The translations under genes were made by a program, and so were the position numbers. From contig OX597817.1 of the NCBI GenBank assembly GCA_951406725.2, forward strand, positions 30,256,001 to 30,320,000: a DNA stretch of 64,000 bases. The letters run 5' to 3'. The notes under the pieces were generated by a model. That model did no database searches and had not been told where the DNA came from. It saw only the letters and a program-made list of their open reading frames with translations. The stretch is from Octopus vulgaris. Its lineage: Eukaryota. Positions 1 through 13,012 of the stretch are shown here, piece after piece (positions within the stretch are counted from its first letter, which is position 1; each line of letters starts with the position of its first letter).

Positions 1-575
1 TGGTGCTGATGCTACAAGAAGAGAGCCTTTAGGGATTCACTCGATCTATCATAAATAGCAGCTAAATCACATTTACTTATCTTAAAGAAGCTCACATATC
101 CAGTCACATAAAAAGGCTGTCACATAAAATGGCAAAGCAAGTAACTCTGAAATGCCTTTGCACATAAGTCTGCTTGATTTGGACTGAAATACTAATAAGA
201 TGTACTACTAATATGAAGAACTCTGAAATACTCAAACTAGAGAAAATTGGTCAAAAGCATCACAAAACTTAAGCCTTGCTAAATATAGAAGTAATTAAGT
301 ATTATATGGACCCATCCAGTTCCTATGTACACCCTCAAAAATAGAAGAAAGACTAACCCTTTATATCACTAATTCACATATTACGTTTATCAAGTCATGA
401 CAGAGATTTAGACCAGGAGCTCATGCGGAAAATTCTATGTGGTTGGCTGACCTGCTAAAAATAGCAATCAAATCCAACTCAAATCACACACTTCTGTCTT
501 TAAGTGTAGGAAATATTGGATAACATAGAACAATGACCACCATGTTCTTTTCCTATGTGCAGTGAGTTAAGTGGA

Positions 576-1030
576 GTGCTAAGAGCACTATCCAAGCGTG
601 ATCATTGCCAGAGCAGCAAACTGGCTTCCATGCTGGCAGCACATGAAAAAGCATAATTCGAGTGTAATCGTTACCAGTGTCACCTTACTGGCATTTGTGC
701 CGGTGGTATGTGAAAAAACATTCGAGCGAGGTCGTTGCCAGTACCACTGGACTCACTCCTGTGCAAGTGGCATGTAAAAATCACCATTTGAGTGTGGCCA
801 TTGCAAGTACTACTTGACTGGCCCTCGTGCCGGTGGCACGTAAAAGCACCCACTACACTATGGGAGTGGTTGGCATTAGGAAGGGCATCCAGCTGTAGAA
901 ACTCTGCCAGATCAGATTGGAACCCCGGTGCAGCCATCTGGTTTACCAGTTCTCAGTCAAATCGTCCAACCCATGGAAAATGGACATTAAACGATGATAA
1001 TGATGATGATGATGATGATGATGATGGTGG
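576..1030 (+). mobile_element. RTE-clade LINE 3' UTR fragment with (GAT)n tail
   Basis: Shares AAAAGCACCCACTACAC...GAAGGGCATCCAGCTGTAGAAAC...CCAACCCATG...TTAAACGATGATGAT with the copy at 41111-41930, which is joined to an RTE ORF2 C-terminus. Confidence 0.8.
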
Positions 1031-1529
1031 TGGTCTTGTCATTATTATCAATTTATTCTTATCAATATTTTCTCCTTTTCATACATTTTTGCATCATTAT
1101 AATTTTTTGCCTCGTTCAGATTTTCTTTGGAAAAAGTTATTTGAAACAAAACATTTTCTATTTTTTAGAATATACACCAAAACATAACAATTATATTTCT
1201 GATGGACAATTTATGATTATGTTTTGTTTGCTTAAGAGGTGTGTTGCAGAAATTTAAGATATTCTTTGAATCTGTTGTATTAGTGAATCTATATGAAATA
1301 ATGCAATATTTAAATCTACATTGACTGAAGAATAACAAATAGTTTCAGCTGGAAGGCATGAATATACTATAGAAATTCTAGCTCAAGGCTGTATATAATC
1401 TTTGAAAACTGTTGCCTGAAGACGTAGCAAATTCAGAGAAAATCTTGCTAGCATATTTAAATAGATAGATGGAAAGAGACGTAAATATGAGTTAGATAAA
1501 CAAGCAAATATGCAGCAAGAGAAGAGTAA

Positions 1530-1534
<5 letters not shown>

Positions 1535-1599
<65 letters not shown>

Positions 1600-1808
1600 A
1601 GGCATGCAATCATGGAAATAAAGAATAAAAAAGAAAAATTTAAATATACATAAAAACAATTCAAACATATGTATATGGGTAGATAGAAAATATACAGCTT
1701 CTCCTCTCATTCTTCCTCTGTCTTTCTCTCTCATTCTCTCTCTCTCTCTCTCTCTTTATAATGCACATACATAAGAAGCACACGCATACACATATATATG
1801 TGTGTATA

Positions 1809-1875
<67 letters not shown>

Positions 1876-1971
1876 AGTGTGTATATATGTGTGTGTAACT
1901 AGGTATATATATATATACATGTACATATGTACTTCCATTTATATATATGTATATATATGTATGTATATATG

Positions 1972-2012
<41 letters not shown>

Positions 2013-2018
2013 ATATAT
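1535..2018. repeat. (GA)n, (CT)n and (TA)n/(TG)n microsatellite cluster
   Basis: Direct inspection. Confidence 0.95.
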
Positions 2019-2397
2019 GGGTCAAGGAACATTCGTTGAAAATACAATAGAAGAAAGTATATTGTCAGAAAGACAAATTAACAGAAAGACATAGTCTTAG
2101 GAAAACAAACTAGTCGAAAGACAAAATAATCGAGATATCAGTTGAAGAAATGGCAGAATATTTTAGGAAATTTTGTATCTAATTTTCTCAAATGCAATGG
2201 TTTATCGACATTTTTTAATCAACTGTCATAATACTTGTAATGTCAAAATAAGACAGAGTTTAAAATACACAAGAAATGCACGAAAATATATATGATTTAT
2301 ATATAGTATATGTAATATATAATATAATATAATAAAATATAATATAATATAATATAATATAATATTATATTATATTATATTATATATATATATAGGG

Positions 2398-2731
2398 CAA
2401 CCTGCTGTGCTTCAGGAATCTATTGAGTCAAGTACATCAACATCAAAATAAAAATCAAATGGAAATTGTAGTTGTGATACCTGTGCCAATGGCACGTAAA
2501 AAGCACCAACTGATCGTGACTGCTGCCAGCCTCACCTGGCACCTGTGCTGGTGGCATGTAAAAAAGCACCCACTACACTCATGGAGTGGTTGGCGTTAGG
2601 AAGGGCATCCAGCTGTAGAAACACTGCCAGATCAGATTGGAGCCTGGTGCAGCCTCCTGGCTTCCCAGACCCCGGTCAAACCGTCCAACCCATGCTAGCA
2701 TGGAAAACGGATGTTAAACTATGATGATGAT
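2398..2731 (+). mobile_element. RTE-clade LINE 3' UTR fragment
   Basis: Same 3' module, ending CATGCTAGCATGGAAAACGGATGTTAAACTATGATGATGA. Confidence 0.8.
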
Positions 2732-2768
2732 ATATATATATAGTGCAGCTGCAGTGAAAATATATATT

Positions 2769-3154
2769 GGATGGAAGCACTCCTTCGGTTACGACGATGA
2801 GGGTTCTGGTTGATCCGATCAACGGAACAGCCTGCTCGTGAAATTAACGTGTAAGTGGCTGAGCACTCCACAGACACGTGTACCCTTAACGTAGTTCTCA
2901 GGGGATATTCAGCGTGACACAGAGAGTGACAAGGCTGGCCCTTTGAAATACAGGTACAACATAAACAAGAAGTAAGAGTGAGAGAAAGTTGTGGTGAAAG
3001 AGTACAGCAGGGATCACCACCATCCCTGCCGGAGCCTCGTGGAGCTTTAGATGTTTTCGCTCAATAAACACTCACAACGCCCGGTCTGGGAATCGAAACC
3101 GCAATCCTACGACCGCAAGTCCGCTGCCCTAACCACTGGGCCATTGCGCCTCCC
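2769..3154 (-). mobile_element. tRNA-derived SINE (head A, tail 1), full length
   Basis: Minus-strand head GGAGGCGCAATGGCCCAGTGGTTAGGG (A box) ... GGTTTCGATTCCC (B box); 13-bp TSD GAAAATATATATT at 2756-2768 and 3155-3167; homologues at 28447, 36768 and 46128. Confidence 0.9.
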
Positions 3155-3661
3155 GAAAATATATATTATATCAGTAAATGTATATCCAACAAAATACTTT
3201 GGGAACAAGCAAAAATGCAAACAAGTGATATGACCAACATGTATTCCCTCCTCAGAAAATAACTCAAGACACAAAATTATGTCATCTCTATTTATTGACT
3301 AAACTAGACTCCTAGAGTTGCTGCATTCTTCAGCAGAAACTGCCAAAAGTGATTAATCCTTGATTGGTCAGATTTAGACATGTGATATACAAAATGAACT
3401 ATGCTATGGTGAGTAGGTTTTATAAGTTCAGGATTGGATGATTTAATAAAAGTCAACTTCATTCATGAAAAGTAATCATGCAATGTGCAAAACCAATCAG
3501 AATGTGGGAGGCAACTTTTGTGGGTTTTAACTAAGATGAATGTCCACTATAGAAGACATTAAAAAAATGCCCACACAATATATTCAAATGCACTGCTTCC
3601 ATCATTGCATTCTTGTGCTAAATGTTATTATGGAAGTTCATAACCGAAAATGAAGAAAGTG

Positions 3662-3958
3662 TCATCATCATCATCATGATCATCATCATCATCATCATCG
3701 CTTAACGTCCGCTTTCCATGCTAGCATGGGTTGGACGATTTGTCTGAGGGCTGGTGAACCAGATGGCTGCACCAGTCTCAAATCTTGATCTGGCAGAGTT
3801 TCTACAGCTGGATGCCCTTCCTAATGCCAACCACTCCGAGAGTGTAGTGGGTGCTTTTACGTGCCAGTCAGGCGGTACTACTGGCAACAACCTCGCTTGA
3901 ATCTTTTACACATGCCACCGGCATAGGTGCCTGTAAGGCGACGCTGGTAATGATCACT
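3662..3958 (-). mobile_element. RTE-clade LINE 3' UTR fragment
   Basis: (ATC)n followed by TTAACGTCCGCTTTCCATGCTAGCATGGGTTGG, the reverse complement of the family 3' end. Confidence 0.8.
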
Positions 3959-4484
3959 AAAAGGATTTAATATAAAGGATTTAATTATAACCGGAAACAA
4001 AAGCATTGATTTCAAAAACAGTAGGTGATGTGAAGTATGAAGTTAGACACCATATCATGCAAACTGCTAGAGACAACACAAAGAAACTCTTCATGATGAT
4101 CCTAGCTTAATGATCCAAAGTATTATTCTTCGTGTAGTTTATACTATATTTTTCATCATCAGTCCAAGTAGTATGAAAGTACCAGTGAGGAGGAATTGTT
4201 TTTGCCATATATGGGGGCGATTATCATAGCACCTCATCAGAATGAAACAAGCCGTTGACAGTTATTTAGTGTCTTTTATAAGAATGGCTTCAGTAAACTG
4301 CAGCTGTTATGGTTAAGATGAGATTAATCATGTTCAGAACAAATGAATTCGGATAGAAACTAATGCCTTCCATACAGCATAATTCAAAAGGGACTGAAAG
4401 TCAACAGATACACAGCATGTGTTATTAACCATCTTTAAGATCTCAATTCTAAGAAACAAAATTCTTCAAACACTTATTTATAGA

Positions 4485-4638
4485 TGTTTTCGATCTAGTT
4501 GTATTCTTTGCCATCAAATTTGAATTCTTTGCAATCAAATTTGTTTGCAAAGAATTCAAATTTGATTGCAAAGAATTCAAATTTGATGGCAAAGAATTCA
4601 AATTTGATGGCAAAGAATCCAAACTAGATTGCAAACAT
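4485..4638. repeat. Fold-back palindrome built from 21-bp units (GCAAAGAATTCAAATTTGAT[T/G])
   Basis: About 2 reversed units on the left and 3-4 forward units on the right; outer arms ATGTTTTCGATCTAGTT / AACTAGATTGCAAACAT. Confidence 0.85.
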
Positions 4639-6149
4639 GTCTATTCAGCAAATGTATAAGTCACTGACTTTCATAACGCAATCTGTGGCAAAGGCTAAGA
4701 CATATAGTTGACTCTTTCAGCACTTTACCTACAGAAATGCTTATTCAAGAAACAACTCCCTGGTGATTCCTTGGTCAACTACCCCTTTGGCAATGTGAGC
4801 TTGTGTCTGAGAAAGTACATTGTATAATAGTACCAGTGCATCAAATGCTTGAATATTGCATGCATAATGAAATCCAAGAATGTCTCCACACATGCACATC
4901 ATCAATTAAGAAGTAACTGCAGCAGCATTAACAGGAACAATGTAGCCATAGAACATAATATTGGTAATCTTTGGATTAAAGAATAATTTTAAAATAATAA
5001 GAACATTAGCCAATCATCAATGAAAGGCTTCAATTCATTGAGGAGTAGCAGTTATTATAGTCACCATATACGGCAATACCTAAACCAGTGCTTCATACAT
5101 ACCTTACAGTGTTCTGTTCAGTCCTAGAGAAAAAAGCAAGGGAGAAACACCTGCAATATGAACAACAGGCAAATTCTTATCCTGTTAGATCTCCTCAGCA
5201 TAGCATGTCCACTTGCAGATAGCTCTAAGATACTTTGAGAGGGCATTCAGTATAATGTATATAATACACAATAGAGTCTCTCATATGTAATAAAGTGAGT
5301 GGGAAAACTTCAATTAGCAGAGGTTATTCACACAATTTGCAGAAGAAAACTTCATTTTAAAGATCTTGAGATCTAAAACAAAAACAAGTGAAAGTGTTAC
5401 TTTCTACCATATCAGCTGATACAAATTTCATAAGGCTCACTCAAGGTAATTTTTCCTCTACCTATTGCTGGAAGTGCCCCAGCATGGGCGCAGCCTCAAG
5501 GCTGAAACATATAAAAGAATAAAAGAATGTTCAAAGTGATAACCATCCTCACTTTTTTGTGATACCTTTATCTGAAGCTAAAGGTATCACATACCTTTAG
5601 CTTCAGATAGGTGTGTGACTTTCACGTCTTACTTTTAGAGGAAGGTGTTTCATCATTTGAATTCTTGTGCAGTGATAATGACAGCCACAGTAGAAGGATT
5701 AAGAGTATTATAACACCAGTCATGCTGTCCTGTTGGGGTTTTGTCTGCACAAATGATTATTTTCTGCTATAGCTGTGTTAGTTTAGCCAAATTATTATAA
5801 GCATGACACATTCCCTGGAGGTCTAGATCAGTTCCTTCTCTGACAATTTGGAATATTTCTGTGGCTCTTCACTCATCTAAATCTAAGTAATCTTTAACCC
5901 TTCATTAAATAAGGTTAAAGTAGAACCAGAAAAATTGTAAACACTAAAAGCTGGTACCCATCATTCTTGCACAATACTTCTAAAAACAACTGAAGTCCTC
6001 CAAAAACAAGAGGTTGCACTTTCATCTGTTTGGTAAGAAATAAGAGTCTCTGGCATTGCCAGCTAAAAATAAAATTCACTGGTTGAAGTAGTTCTGAGAG
6101 AGGTGGGAAATTACATCCCCACCCCTCCAATAAAACACATTTCAGGATA

Positions 6150-6350
6150 CTCTTTACTCTTTTACTCTTTTACTTGTTTCAGTCATTTGACTGTGGCCAT
6201 GCTGGAGCACTGCCTTTAGTCGAGAAAATCGACTTATTCTTTGTAAGCCTAGTACTTATCCTATCAGTCACTTTTGCCGAACAGCTAAGTAACGGGGATG
6301 TAAGCACACCAGTATCTGTTGTCAAGCGATGTTGGAGGGGGGGGGGGCAA
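6150..6350 (-). mobile_element. SINE family C, 3' half with (GAGTAAA)n-like tail; a short RTE tail follows at 6380-6446
   Basis: TACTTGTTTCAGTCATTTGACTGTGGCCATGCTGGAGCAC matches copies at 15772, 23133 and 34140. Confidence 0.8.
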
Positions 6351-6659
6351 CACACACACACACACACAAACGTACACACATCATCATCATCATCATCATT
6401 TAGCATCCGCTTTCCATGCTAAATGGGTTGGATGGTTCAACTGGGGTGTGTGCCTGTCTAGTTTCCTGGACTCTCTTCTCTATCCTTGTCATCACCTTTC
6501 TGGTTTTTTTGTGCTTTTACTTTCACATTTGTTGAATATTTACTTTTAGGTCCCATTTATCAAATAGCAAGTTAGAAAAATTAATCATACTGGGCAGTAC
6601 TTAGAAATTAACAACTAGTTAATTAAACATAAACTCAACACGTAATTGTTGTAGTCAGA

Positions 6660-7324
6660 TTTGATCAACAATCAAGTGACATCGATACACTGCATCCATG
6701 CTGCCAACAAAGCACGCGGAGTTCTGTTCTTGATTCGACGGTCATTCAGAATGCTCACAGCAGCCATATTCCTACCGCTCTATGTCACGCTGGTGAGACC
6801 CATATTGGAGTATGGGATTCAAGCCTCTTCTCCTTATCTCCTCAAAGACATACAGCATCTCGAAAGAGTCCAGAAGCTGGCTACCCGCATGGTTCTTGGT
6901 CTCAAGCATTTGTCTTATGAAGAAAGGCTGAAGACGCTCAACCTTTATTCTCTAGAAAACGACGACGCCGTGGTGATCTCATTCTTGCTCACAACATCAT
7001 AAGCGGAATGTGTAACCTCTCAAAAGAGCTGTTCTTCACTCCTGCTCCAGAGCGTTGGCTGCGGGGTCACTCCAAAAAGCTTTATCTGCGACGATTTCAT
7101 CTCAATCGAAGGAGAGGGGCTTTCTCTGTCCGGGTTGCGGATCTGTGGAATAAGCTGCTGGACGAGATAGTGAAGATGCTGACGACCACTCGGTTCAAAG
7201 TCTCTCTTGACCACAAGTGGCCTGAACTCTTTACATGAACACCACCCTGTACATAACTCCATGTCCCCCTACATGGCCTTGCTTTTTGCTTTTTGAGCCA
7301 AAAAATTAACTAACTAACTAACTA
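6660..7324 (+). mobile_element. 5'-truncated CR1/L2-group LINE: ORF2 C-terminus (frameshifted) plus 3' UTR with (AACT)n tail
   Basis: Translation LYVTLVRPILEYG..SPYLLKDIQHLERVQKLATRMV..LSYEERLKTLNLYSLE/RRRRGDLI..LRGHSKKL..AFSVRVADLWNKL is typical of the post-RT region of CR1-like elements; AACTAACTAACTAACT tail at about 7307-7324. Confidence 0.9.
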
Positions 7325-7479
7325 AGAATATCAAGTCTCTGATGGATTGAGTTTTAAAGAAACCGTAATGATGAAATTAAGCATAATGAATAATAATTTA
7401 GCAACAAGTTAACAGAACACAAGCCTAATGAGTGATGAGGTGTATTTCTAAAGGCATGCTTATATGTTGACTTAATTTT

Positions 7480-7890
7480 CATTGTAAAAGACAATGTTTT
7501 AGCCACAAAGAACTCTGTTTAGAATACATCACAAAACAGGAGGGCACAGACATTTGATATCGAAGTTTTTGGTAGATCTGGTCATACAGAAACAATTGTA
7601 GTAGTCTCAAAGTACCAAACCAGATACAAGGTAATAAATCAAGGACTTGATTGATATTGCTTCATGTACTTTTGAGAAGACAGAAGTCATATTGGAAGCA
7701 TAATAGGATCAAAGACATTGTCTTGACAGAAATGAAAAGCACTTTTCATACTAACATTGATAAGACTAAATCCATGGAAAGCATAATGAATTTGGTGCCG
7801 ATTGGAAACCAAGTTATATATGACAGAGAAATATCAGTTCAGCAGAACACAGAAGACATACTTTCTAAAAAAAATCAAATAAAAATTTTG
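7480..7890 (+). mobile_element. Possible highly decayed RLE-type (R4/Dong-like) non-LTR fragment
   Basis: YWKHNRIKDIV..VIYDREI..NTEDILSKKNQIKILEI loosely resembles the RHN..WDR..RPDIV motifs of RLE endonucleases; weak. Confidence 0.3.
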
Positions 7891-7957
7891 GAGATTTTCT
7901 AGATTTTCCTGCTGAAAAAGTTACTTATGGTTTTCAGTAATTCAATATAGCCAAATT

Positions 7958-8165
7958 GTATGTATGTATGTATGTATGTATGTATGTATGTATGTATGTA
8001 TGTATGTATGTATGTGTGTGTGTATGTATGTATGTATGCATGCATGTATGAATGTATGTATGTATGTATGTATGTATGTATGTACGTATGCATGTATGTA
8101 TGTGTGCATATGTATATATATAGGTGTGTGTGTGTGTATGTGTGTATATATGTGTATATATGTAT
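7958..8165. repeat. (TATG)n / (TG)n microsatellite
   Basis: Direct inspection. Confidence 0.95.
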
Positions 8166-8383
8166 TTATATTATGCCAGGAAAAGAAATGTGGTTTTCAC
8201 AGTTGTTTACTCATAGTTTCACTTGGCAACTATTCAAACCAACGTGGGTTTTATTTATTTATTTTAGAAAATGCCTGTTGAAACTTTTATAACTATTTGG
8301 TGAAGGAGAAGCTTCTAAAAATTATTATTTTTATATTTAAATACGTTACTTAAATTCTTAATGTAAAAAATCATTCTTTCCAA

Positions 8384-8612
8384 ATATTGGTTTCAAATTT
8401 TGGTACAAGGCCAGTAGGTTTGGTGGAGTGGGCAAGTTGATGGCATCAGCCTCAACACTCAGCTGGTACTTTATTTTATCGATACCAAAAAAAAAAAAAT
8501 GAAAATGAAAGGCAAAGCCAACTTTGGCAGAATTTGAACTCAGAACATAATGGTAGAAGAAATGCCATTAAACATTTTGCCAGGAGTGCTAACAGTTCTG
8601 CCAGTTATCCAC
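8384..8612 (-). mobile_element. tRNA-derived SINE family N (GCCTTTCATCCTTTCGGGGTCGATAAATTAAGTACCAG core), decayed
   Basis: CTGGTACTT..TATCGA..GAAAGGCAAAGCCAACTTTGGCAGAATTTGAACTCAGAAC matches copies at 33676 and 55606. Confidence 0.75.
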
Positions 8613-8935
8613 TCTGTGCTTTCCAGATATTAGTAGGAGGTTTCAAATGTTATAAAAGCTACAAAATATTTTATCCTTCCATGTTTTGCAATTAAGTTTG
8701 CATATATATATATATATATATATATATTTTCTTATATTTCTTATAAACGCTAATTTAAATTGGTAGTTAACAAAAATCCTTCGACAAGATAAGTTTATAT
8801 TTTTATTTTAAGACATATTGTTAAATGCTTTGCGATTATTTATAGTATCTTTTATATATTTATTTAATAATTAGTATAAGTTAAGTACATTTATTCTATT
8901 ATTATTATTTTTTATTATTTATTATTTATTATCTT

Positions 8936-9052
8936 AGACCTGATGAATGACTATATTTTTAAATAGAATTCATTTTCGTTCGATTTAATTTTGAATCAAA
9001 TTGATTTTATTATTATCTTTTTGAAAATATAGCCATGAAATGTGTGTAGTCT
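8936..9052 (+). ncRNA. Type I hammerhead ribozyme motif with long stem II (decayed stem III)
   Basis: AGAC-CTGATGA-ATGACTATATTTT...AAAATATAGCCAT-GAAA-TGTGT-GTA-GTCT; stem I AGAC/GTCT; stem II about 12 bp at its base. Confidence 0.65.
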
Positions 9053-9122
9053 TTTTACTACTGTTTACTCCACAAAAATTTTTTATTTAATTCGCTTTGT
9101 GGGAAGGACTGTTTCATGTAGT

Positions 9123-9184
9123 CGTGTTCTGCCCTTACCTTCGAAACACGCAATGAATCAAAACAGGGGCAGCTGAAGAAGGGG
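9123..9184 (+). ncRNA. Candidate non-circularly permuted hammerhead ribozyme
   Basis: CGTGT-T (stem III plus GUU site), CTGCCCTT (stem I), AC, CTTC-GAAACACG (stem II'/GAAA/stem III'), 14-nt linker, AGGGGCAG (stem I'), CTGAAGA-A-GGGG (core/stem II). Confidence 0.6.
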
Positions 9185-9391
9185 AATGTTCCTTGTGTTG
9201 CTTGTCTTGTACTCTGTTTTTTCGCTGTTAAAAAAAATCCGTTTCCTTGTTTTGTTTTTATGTTTTCGTTTCTTGTTGTGTTCTGTTTAGTTTTGGTGTC
9301 CTGTACCCATAGATGCATATATATATACATATAGATGTAGGTACGTACATATATGTATGCATGTATGCATATATTTTATTTATTAAATTGT

Positions 9392-9881
<490 letters not shown>

Positions 9882-10383
9882 CACACACACACATACATAC
9901 ATATATAATATTTTGAATTAATGGGTATATGTCAATTAGTATGTTGAAGTGTTTCGTAGAGCACTGGCCTTGTGCCTAGAGTAGAAAAGAATATTCTTTG
10001 GGTATTTATTCCAGAAATCTTCATTCTGAAGAAAATTCTACAAAACTCATTTTTGCTTTTTATCCTTTCAGGATCAATAGATAAAGTTCCAGCCTATGGT
10101 TGTATATTGACACAATTATTGGCACATTAGAAGAAATACCATGTGGTATAAGTTCAAGTTCTTCATGTTCTAGTCCAAATCCTGCTATGGCCTAATCCAG
10201 CACGTAGCTAAATGCTATCACCTAGCTGTGGAGAACTTTTAGTGAAGTCTTACTCTACTATAAGCATTTCAGCCAAGCTTCCAGTATGAGGATAACTTTC
10301 TCTCTTCTGCCAAACAGTCTGAGAGGCACTTTAAAAAGTCAAGGCAATTTTTCTCTTGAATAAAGGATAAAGATGAAATACCT

Positions 10384-10603
10384 ATTTCTTTACTACCCAC
10401 AAGGGGCTAAACATAGAGGGGACAAACAAGGACAGACAAATGGATTAAGTCGATTATATCAACCCCAGTGTGTAACTGGTACTTATTTAATCGACCCCCA
10501 AAAGGATGAAAGGCCAAGTCGACCTCGGCAGAATATTTAACTCAGAACGTAGTGGCAGACGAAATACTGCTAAGCATTTCACCTAGCATGCTAACGATTC
10601 TGC
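10384..10603 (-). mobile_element. SINE family N, tail A
   Basis: Family core present; flanking direct repeat AAGATGAAATACCT at about 10370 and 10604. Confidence 0.85.
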
Positions 10604-11509
10604 AAGATGAAATACCTTGGCAGGTGAGTCTGGACTTCAGTAAATATGGTCAATCTTTACAACTTCAGACATATTCCAGTCTTTTTAAGTCTCTTCAGTG
10701 AAGCATAGGCCACACCGTATTTAAGTTTTGGTACTGCCTTACATTAGTGTTATGATTTCTCTTTCCTTTCAATTCCTCAATTACAACTGTTGAAATAAAA
10801 CAGCAATTTACTAATATAGGATCACATAACCTCTATCTAACTATTACTCATGAAACGGATAATTTAATTTCAAATCACAAGAAGACTTCCATTTTTCAGC
10901 ATACACAGGCTATTTTAATAATAATACCAGTAACATACTTATATTACATCATTCAGCTTATACACAGTTTTTACCTCCTGAAATTGGAATTTTGCCTAAG
11001 AAACGAAATGATTATTGGCACATATCTATCAATATAACACCCGATCTAAATGGTTGGAAGTGGCAATAAGCTAAGTGCTCAATAATTCATAAGCACTTAG
11101 ATTTACAGCCATAACTGTCTACCTCCATACTTTCCTTATCATCTCTCTTAATCACAAACATTACACATCCCTGACTGTTTCTGCATTGAAAAGATTTAGC
11201 CATTTGTCAAAGAAATCAATCTTCAATTCATTATTATTTATGAGAAAATATTACAAACATTCTCTCTACTATTTCAATGCAAAGTCTCAAGTGGATCTTT
11301 CCTTGAGAATGTAGCACCACTATCTTTCATATTTGTACATGATAATCACAATGCCTTAGAATGTGTGTTTTATTGATCGCTTGTTAAGCTATGTTGTTAT
11401 ATGTATTCTTTAATGCTTACACACACATATACACACTTGTATGACAAGTAAATGCATGCATACATACACGTTCTCCTTCCTTACACCCACATAGATATAG
11501 CCATACAAA

Positions 11510-11564
11510 TATATATATATATATATACATGTATGCATGTATGTAAATGTACATATGTGTATGC

Positions 11565-11645
<81 letters not shown>

Positions 11646-11765
11646 ATGTATATATGTATATATATATATATATTATATATATATATGTATATGTATATAT
11701 ACACACACATCCACACACACATACATATATAAATATATATATATACATATAGATATATAAATATA

Positions 11766-11800
<35 letters not shown>

Positions 11801-11890
11801 CACATACACGTATATATTTATCTATGCATGTATATATATATATATATATTTATGTATATGTGTGTGTGTATTTGTGTGTGTGTGTGTGTG
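11510..11890. repeat. (TA)n/(TG)n microsatellite cluster
   Basis: Direct inspection. Confidence 0.9.
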
Positions 11891-12298
11891 CATTGCCATT
11901 TAGCATGAGCAAACTTAGAATGAAAACACATTGGGTAAAAATAAAAATAAGAAAACACAACATCAAAAGCAAAGTAATATAAAGACAAACCCTCCCCCAC
12001 CACCACCACCACTGCCTTCAACAACAACAGCAACAACAACAACATTGACATAACAACTACAACAACAGAAAGAAAGAAAGAAAGAAAGAAAGAAAAAAAC
12101 TACTGATTGTATGTCAATGGACATAGTTTAGCTAGTGAAGTAGTTTGAATTATGTTGTCGAAAACCAAAGGGAAGCTGCTGGAAAACATTTTATTTGGTG
12201 ACTTCTGTGTAACTTTACTGTTTAGCAAAAGTTAAGCTTCGCTGAATTGAATAGTGTACTGATCAGTAGGGAGTTTTTAGTTTGCCTGCTTTAGCACA

Positions 12299-12405
12299 AT
12301 TCATCTTCATCATCACCATCATCATCGTCCCTCATCATCGTCATCATCATCATCATCTCAATCATCATCATCATCATCATCTTCATCATCATCATCATCA
12401 TCATC

Positions 12406-12451
<46 letters not shown>

Positions 12452-13012
12452 ACAGCAGCAGCAGCAGTAGCAGCAGTAACATTTTGTGGTTATCATCATC
12501 ACCCTCATCATCATCCTCATCATCATCATCGTTATCATCGCCAATACCAAACCACCATCAAACTACCACCACCACCACCACCACCACCACCACTACTGCC
12601 ACAGCCACTGCGCCTGCACCGCTGCCACCACCATCATAATTGTCATCATCATCATCATCATCATCACCAACCCACTACCACCCAACCACCACCACCAAAC
12701 CACCACCAAACCACCAACACCACCACCACCACCATCCCTACAACTACTGCCACCAAACCACCATCAAACTACTACCACCACTACTGCCACCGCCACTGCC
12801 CCCGCACCACTGCCACCACCATCATAATTGTCATCGTCATCATCATCATCATCATCATCACCATCATCACTAACCCACCACCAACCATCTATCCCCACCA
12901 AACCACCGACACCACCACCACCACTACCGTTGCCATCAATGCTGCCACCACCACTGCAACCACCACCACCACCACCGTCATCGTCATCGTCATGATCATC
13001 ATCATGATCATC
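12299..13012. repeat. Compound (CAT)n/(CAG)n/(CAC)n trinucleotide low-complexity block with internal duplication
   Basis: Direct inspection; ACCATCATAATTGTCATC occurs at about 12630 and 12818. Confidence 0.9.

Noticed and set aside
12282-12873. Poly-His/Pro/Thr ORFs as a low-complexity protein
   Set aside because: They are translations of (CAT)n/(CAC)n microsatellites, open in several frames, with no splice or domain support.
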